A stretch of DNA of 15,997 nucleotides. Origin: an uncultured cyanobacterium. GTDB lineage: Bacteria; Cyanobacteriota; Cyanobacteriia; Leptolyngbyales; Leptolyngbyaceae. The DNA is taken from positions 1 to 15,997 of the forward strand of contig CAVYAN010000039.1 of the NCBI GenBank assembly GCA_963766075.1. The letters run 5' to 3'. Position numbers and translations under genes: made by a program. Under the pieces are notes generated by a model. It was given only the letters and a program-made list of their open reading frames with translations, was not told the DNA's origin and did not search any database. This document shows positions 13,980-15,997 of this stretch, one piece after another (position 1 is the first letter of the stretch; every line of letters starts with the position of its first letter).

Positions 13980-15997
13980 CTAGGAACTGGTAATGGTTGG
14001 TAAAGGACCACTGCCATAGGCAACGGCAACAAAATTCTGTGCTGTCAAGGCACTCGGATTCACTCCGGACAACTCCATCACCCAGAGGCCATTGGCCCAA
14101 ATGCGGGTTGAGCCTGCGTTGATGCCACTCCCCGATTCGATGCGCAGTTGATCCTGTCGCAAACCGTTGGGTAAGCCTATACGGTCTTCCGTGGGGTTGA
14201 AATCGGTGACTCGGCTTTGGCCGTCTAGGGCAATCACAAATGTGTCGGCCCCGGCATCTCCGGTGAGCACATTGAAGCCTGCACCGCCCACCAACTGATC
14301 ATTGCCTGCGCCACCGCGCAGTCTGTCGTTGCCGCCTAACCCAAACAACAGATCATTGCCGCCTTGACCATTGATGGTGTCGTCTGAATCGTCAAATCCA
14401 GAAACTTCGTTATCTAAGTCATTGAGGAAGGTGGTTGTGTTCCGTTTCAACACGCGCCTAATCGCGTTGTCACCGGCATTAATCACATCAAAGTCGTCGG
14501 CGATCGCCGCATCACCATCAAACAAAATATTGCCCAGATCGAGGGTATCCCCACTGCTGCGGGCCAAATTATCCAGATGATCCAGGCCAAAGTTCCGGAG
14601 GACAACGGTCGTATTGGCAACGCCCGCAAAGGCAATCACCAGATCATTGCCGCGCTGGGTCAGTAAGAGGTTCTGGGCAGTCATCCCGGCTCCACTGAAT
14701 CGCAGGGTATCGACCTCAGCAATGACGCTGGGCAAGGGATTTGAGCCTTGACCGATACCACCAAAGCGATCAATCACGGTTTCACCACTGCCTAGGGCGA
14801 TCGCGATTGTTTGCTGCCCAGCGGTTGAGACAGAGGGCGGAGGCACAGGCACAGCAATGTCGCGTACAACCACGGCAAGATCCGCATTCAGCCAGCGTCC
14901 GGGATCATCGGGACCAGGAGGGTTGACAGAGGGGGTTTGTCCCAGCGTCCTGAAGGCAGGACTGCCCAATCGCCGCGCGAATTCATCAGATGTGAGATCC
15001 GCCGCTACTGTGATCGGTGGACGCACAATTCCCGCCAAGCGATTGAGAGACGGATTGGCATAGGACGGAATGCCTGATGCTTGGAGAGATGAGGCCAGTG
15101 AATCAGCAGAGGCCCTGACCCCAGCGTTCGCTAATGCCCAGCCCGGTGCATTGACGGGTAAATTTGCCCAGGCATTGACCGATGCCTCTGAAAGGGCGAT
15201 CGCTCCGCTGCCTGTGACGATTACTGCCGCAAGACCTTGGACATTGGGATTCCCAAAATTCACCAAAACCCGGATTCCTTCTGGCGAAGGAACAACAGGG
15301 GTCGATCCAGTGCTAAATTCCCGGCTTAGGCGAGGGATATTCTGAACCAAAAATTGATAGAGATGATGCACCACACCGGCGATCGCCCTGCCCGCGATCG
15401 CCCCGCCGCTGGCTTCCAGCGGTGACTGGCGCACACCCTCACCTGCACGGGATGAAAGATGATTGTAGTCAACCGAGATTACTGGATCAGCGTTAGACGA
15501 ATTAGCAGCGATGGCGATCGCATCACCACCGCCACCAGAGGGGGGCAGTCGGACAGGTCGTACTCCGCCACCACCGGACGGGGGACTGTCTGGCGCAGGA
15601 GCGTCTGGCGCAGGAGCGTTTGGCGCAGGGGCGTCTGGCGTAGGACCGGGATCCGGGCCGGGATTTTGGGTGGAAAGTTTAGCGACGTTGGGGCTTGACT
15701 CCTGAGAATCCACGCTGCCAACCCCGAATAGCCTGACCAAATAATTAAAGGTGAATACAAACAACACCATGAGGAATGTTGTACTTAGGCCCTGGGTTTC
15801 ACCCAGGATTGGCTCTATCAGGACATTCGTCTGGTTGAAAAGCCCCTGCTCTAGTAGCCGTTGGGCAATGGGAACACCCGTTTCGTGCTGCTCTTGGAGT
15901 AAGGGTTTGGGCACCAGAATCCGTAGTGAACTGCCCCGATATTGACGCTTGCAAAAAGCAGAACCAATAATTAGCGCATCAATTTGATTGTTTACCA
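13980..15997 (-). CDS. RTX/hemolysin-type calcium-binding repeat protein with Pro-rich N-terminal region; probably extends to or past the window edge
   Basis: C-terminal GGxGxD nonapeptides ('INGQGGNDLLFGLGGNDRLRGGAGNDQLVGGAGFNVLTGDAGADTF') followed by 'VTDFNPTEDRIGL'. The frame stays open upstream of the GTG at 15914 to the window edge, where the sequence begins TG-GTA-AAC, so the start may be 1 nt outside. Confidence 0.85.
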   Translation of the reverse strand, partial: VNNQIDALIIGSAFCKRQYRGSSLRILVPKPLLQEQHETGVPIAQRLLEQGLFNQTNVLIEPILGETQGLSTTFLMVLFVFTFNYLVRLFGVGSVDSQESSPNVAKLSTQNPGPDPGPTPDAPAPNAPAPDAPAPDSPPSGGGGVRPVRLPPSGGGGDAIAIAANSSNADPVISVDYNHLSSRAGEGVRQSPLEASGGAIAGRAIAGVVHHLYQFLVQNIPRLSREFSTGSTPVVPSPEGIRVLVNFGNPNVQGLAAVIVTGSGAIALSEASVNAWANLPVNAPGWALANAGVRASADSLASSLQASGIPSYANPSLNRLAGIVRPPITVAADLTSDEFARRLGSPAFRTLGQTPSVNPPGPDDPGRWLNADLAVVVRDIAVPVPPPSVSTAGQQTIAIALGSGETVIDRFGGIGQGSNPLPSVIAEVDTLRFSGAGMTAQNLLLTQRGNDLVIAFAGVANTTVVLRNFGLDHLDNLARSSGDTLDLGNILFDGDAAIADDFDVINAGDNAIRRVLKRNTTTFLNDLDNEVSGFDDSDDTINGQGGNDLLFGLGGNDRLRGGAGNDQLVGGAGFNVLTGDAGADTFVIALDGQSRVTDFNPTEDRIGLPNGLRQDQLRIESGSGINAGSTRIWANGLWVMELSGVNPSALTAQNFVAVAYGSGPLPTITSS
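15588..15647. repeat. Four 15-bp coding tandem repeats (APAPD/APAPN-type Pro-Ala linker)
   Basis: GTCTGGCGCAGGAGC x2, GTTTGGCGCAGGGGC, GTCTGGCGTAGGACC. Confidence 0.9.

Larger units (their letters stand above)
427..15521. repeat. Dispersed HIP1 octamer GCGATCGC (about 30 copies)
   Basis: Examples at 427, 980, 1783, 3513, 4178, 4195, 5581, 6153, 6165, 7527, 9631, 10020, 10981, 11412, 13790, 15514. Fewer than 1 copy would be expected by chance in 16 kb. Confidence 0.97.

Overview
This is cyanobacterial chromosomal DNA, judged from about 30 HIP1 octamers (GCGATCGC, counted by eye) and the purD-nblS gene pair. From left to right it holds: the 3' end of a PAS/PAC-HisKA protein that stops before any ATPase domain, tRNA-Leu(UAG) (-), and a small ribbon-helix-helix-like protein (-). 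Next come three co-oriented envelope/polysaccharide genes (WcaJ-like phosphoglycosyl transferase, YdcF/DUF218 membrane protein, large secreted clan GH-A glycoside hydrolase), followed by a degenerate REP/BIME-like repeat array. Then come two small hypothetical proteins (-), a secreted TPR protein (-), purD, the nblS/hik33 sensor kinase, a REP-like hairpin, and an RTX-type Ca-binding protein (-) that is open to the right edge. I found no CRISPR array, transposase, integrase, reverse transcriptase or recognisable defence gene, and no clearly new multi-gene system. The best leads are non-coding: a nested inverted-repeat region built around paired HIP1 sites (4122-4335), a family of CTGAGCGGAGTCGAAG palindromes (7194-7349, 13912-13959), and a candidate operator for the RHH-like gene. 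Other leads are a probable homopolymer frameshift at 7481-7487 and repeated short exact tandem duplications.
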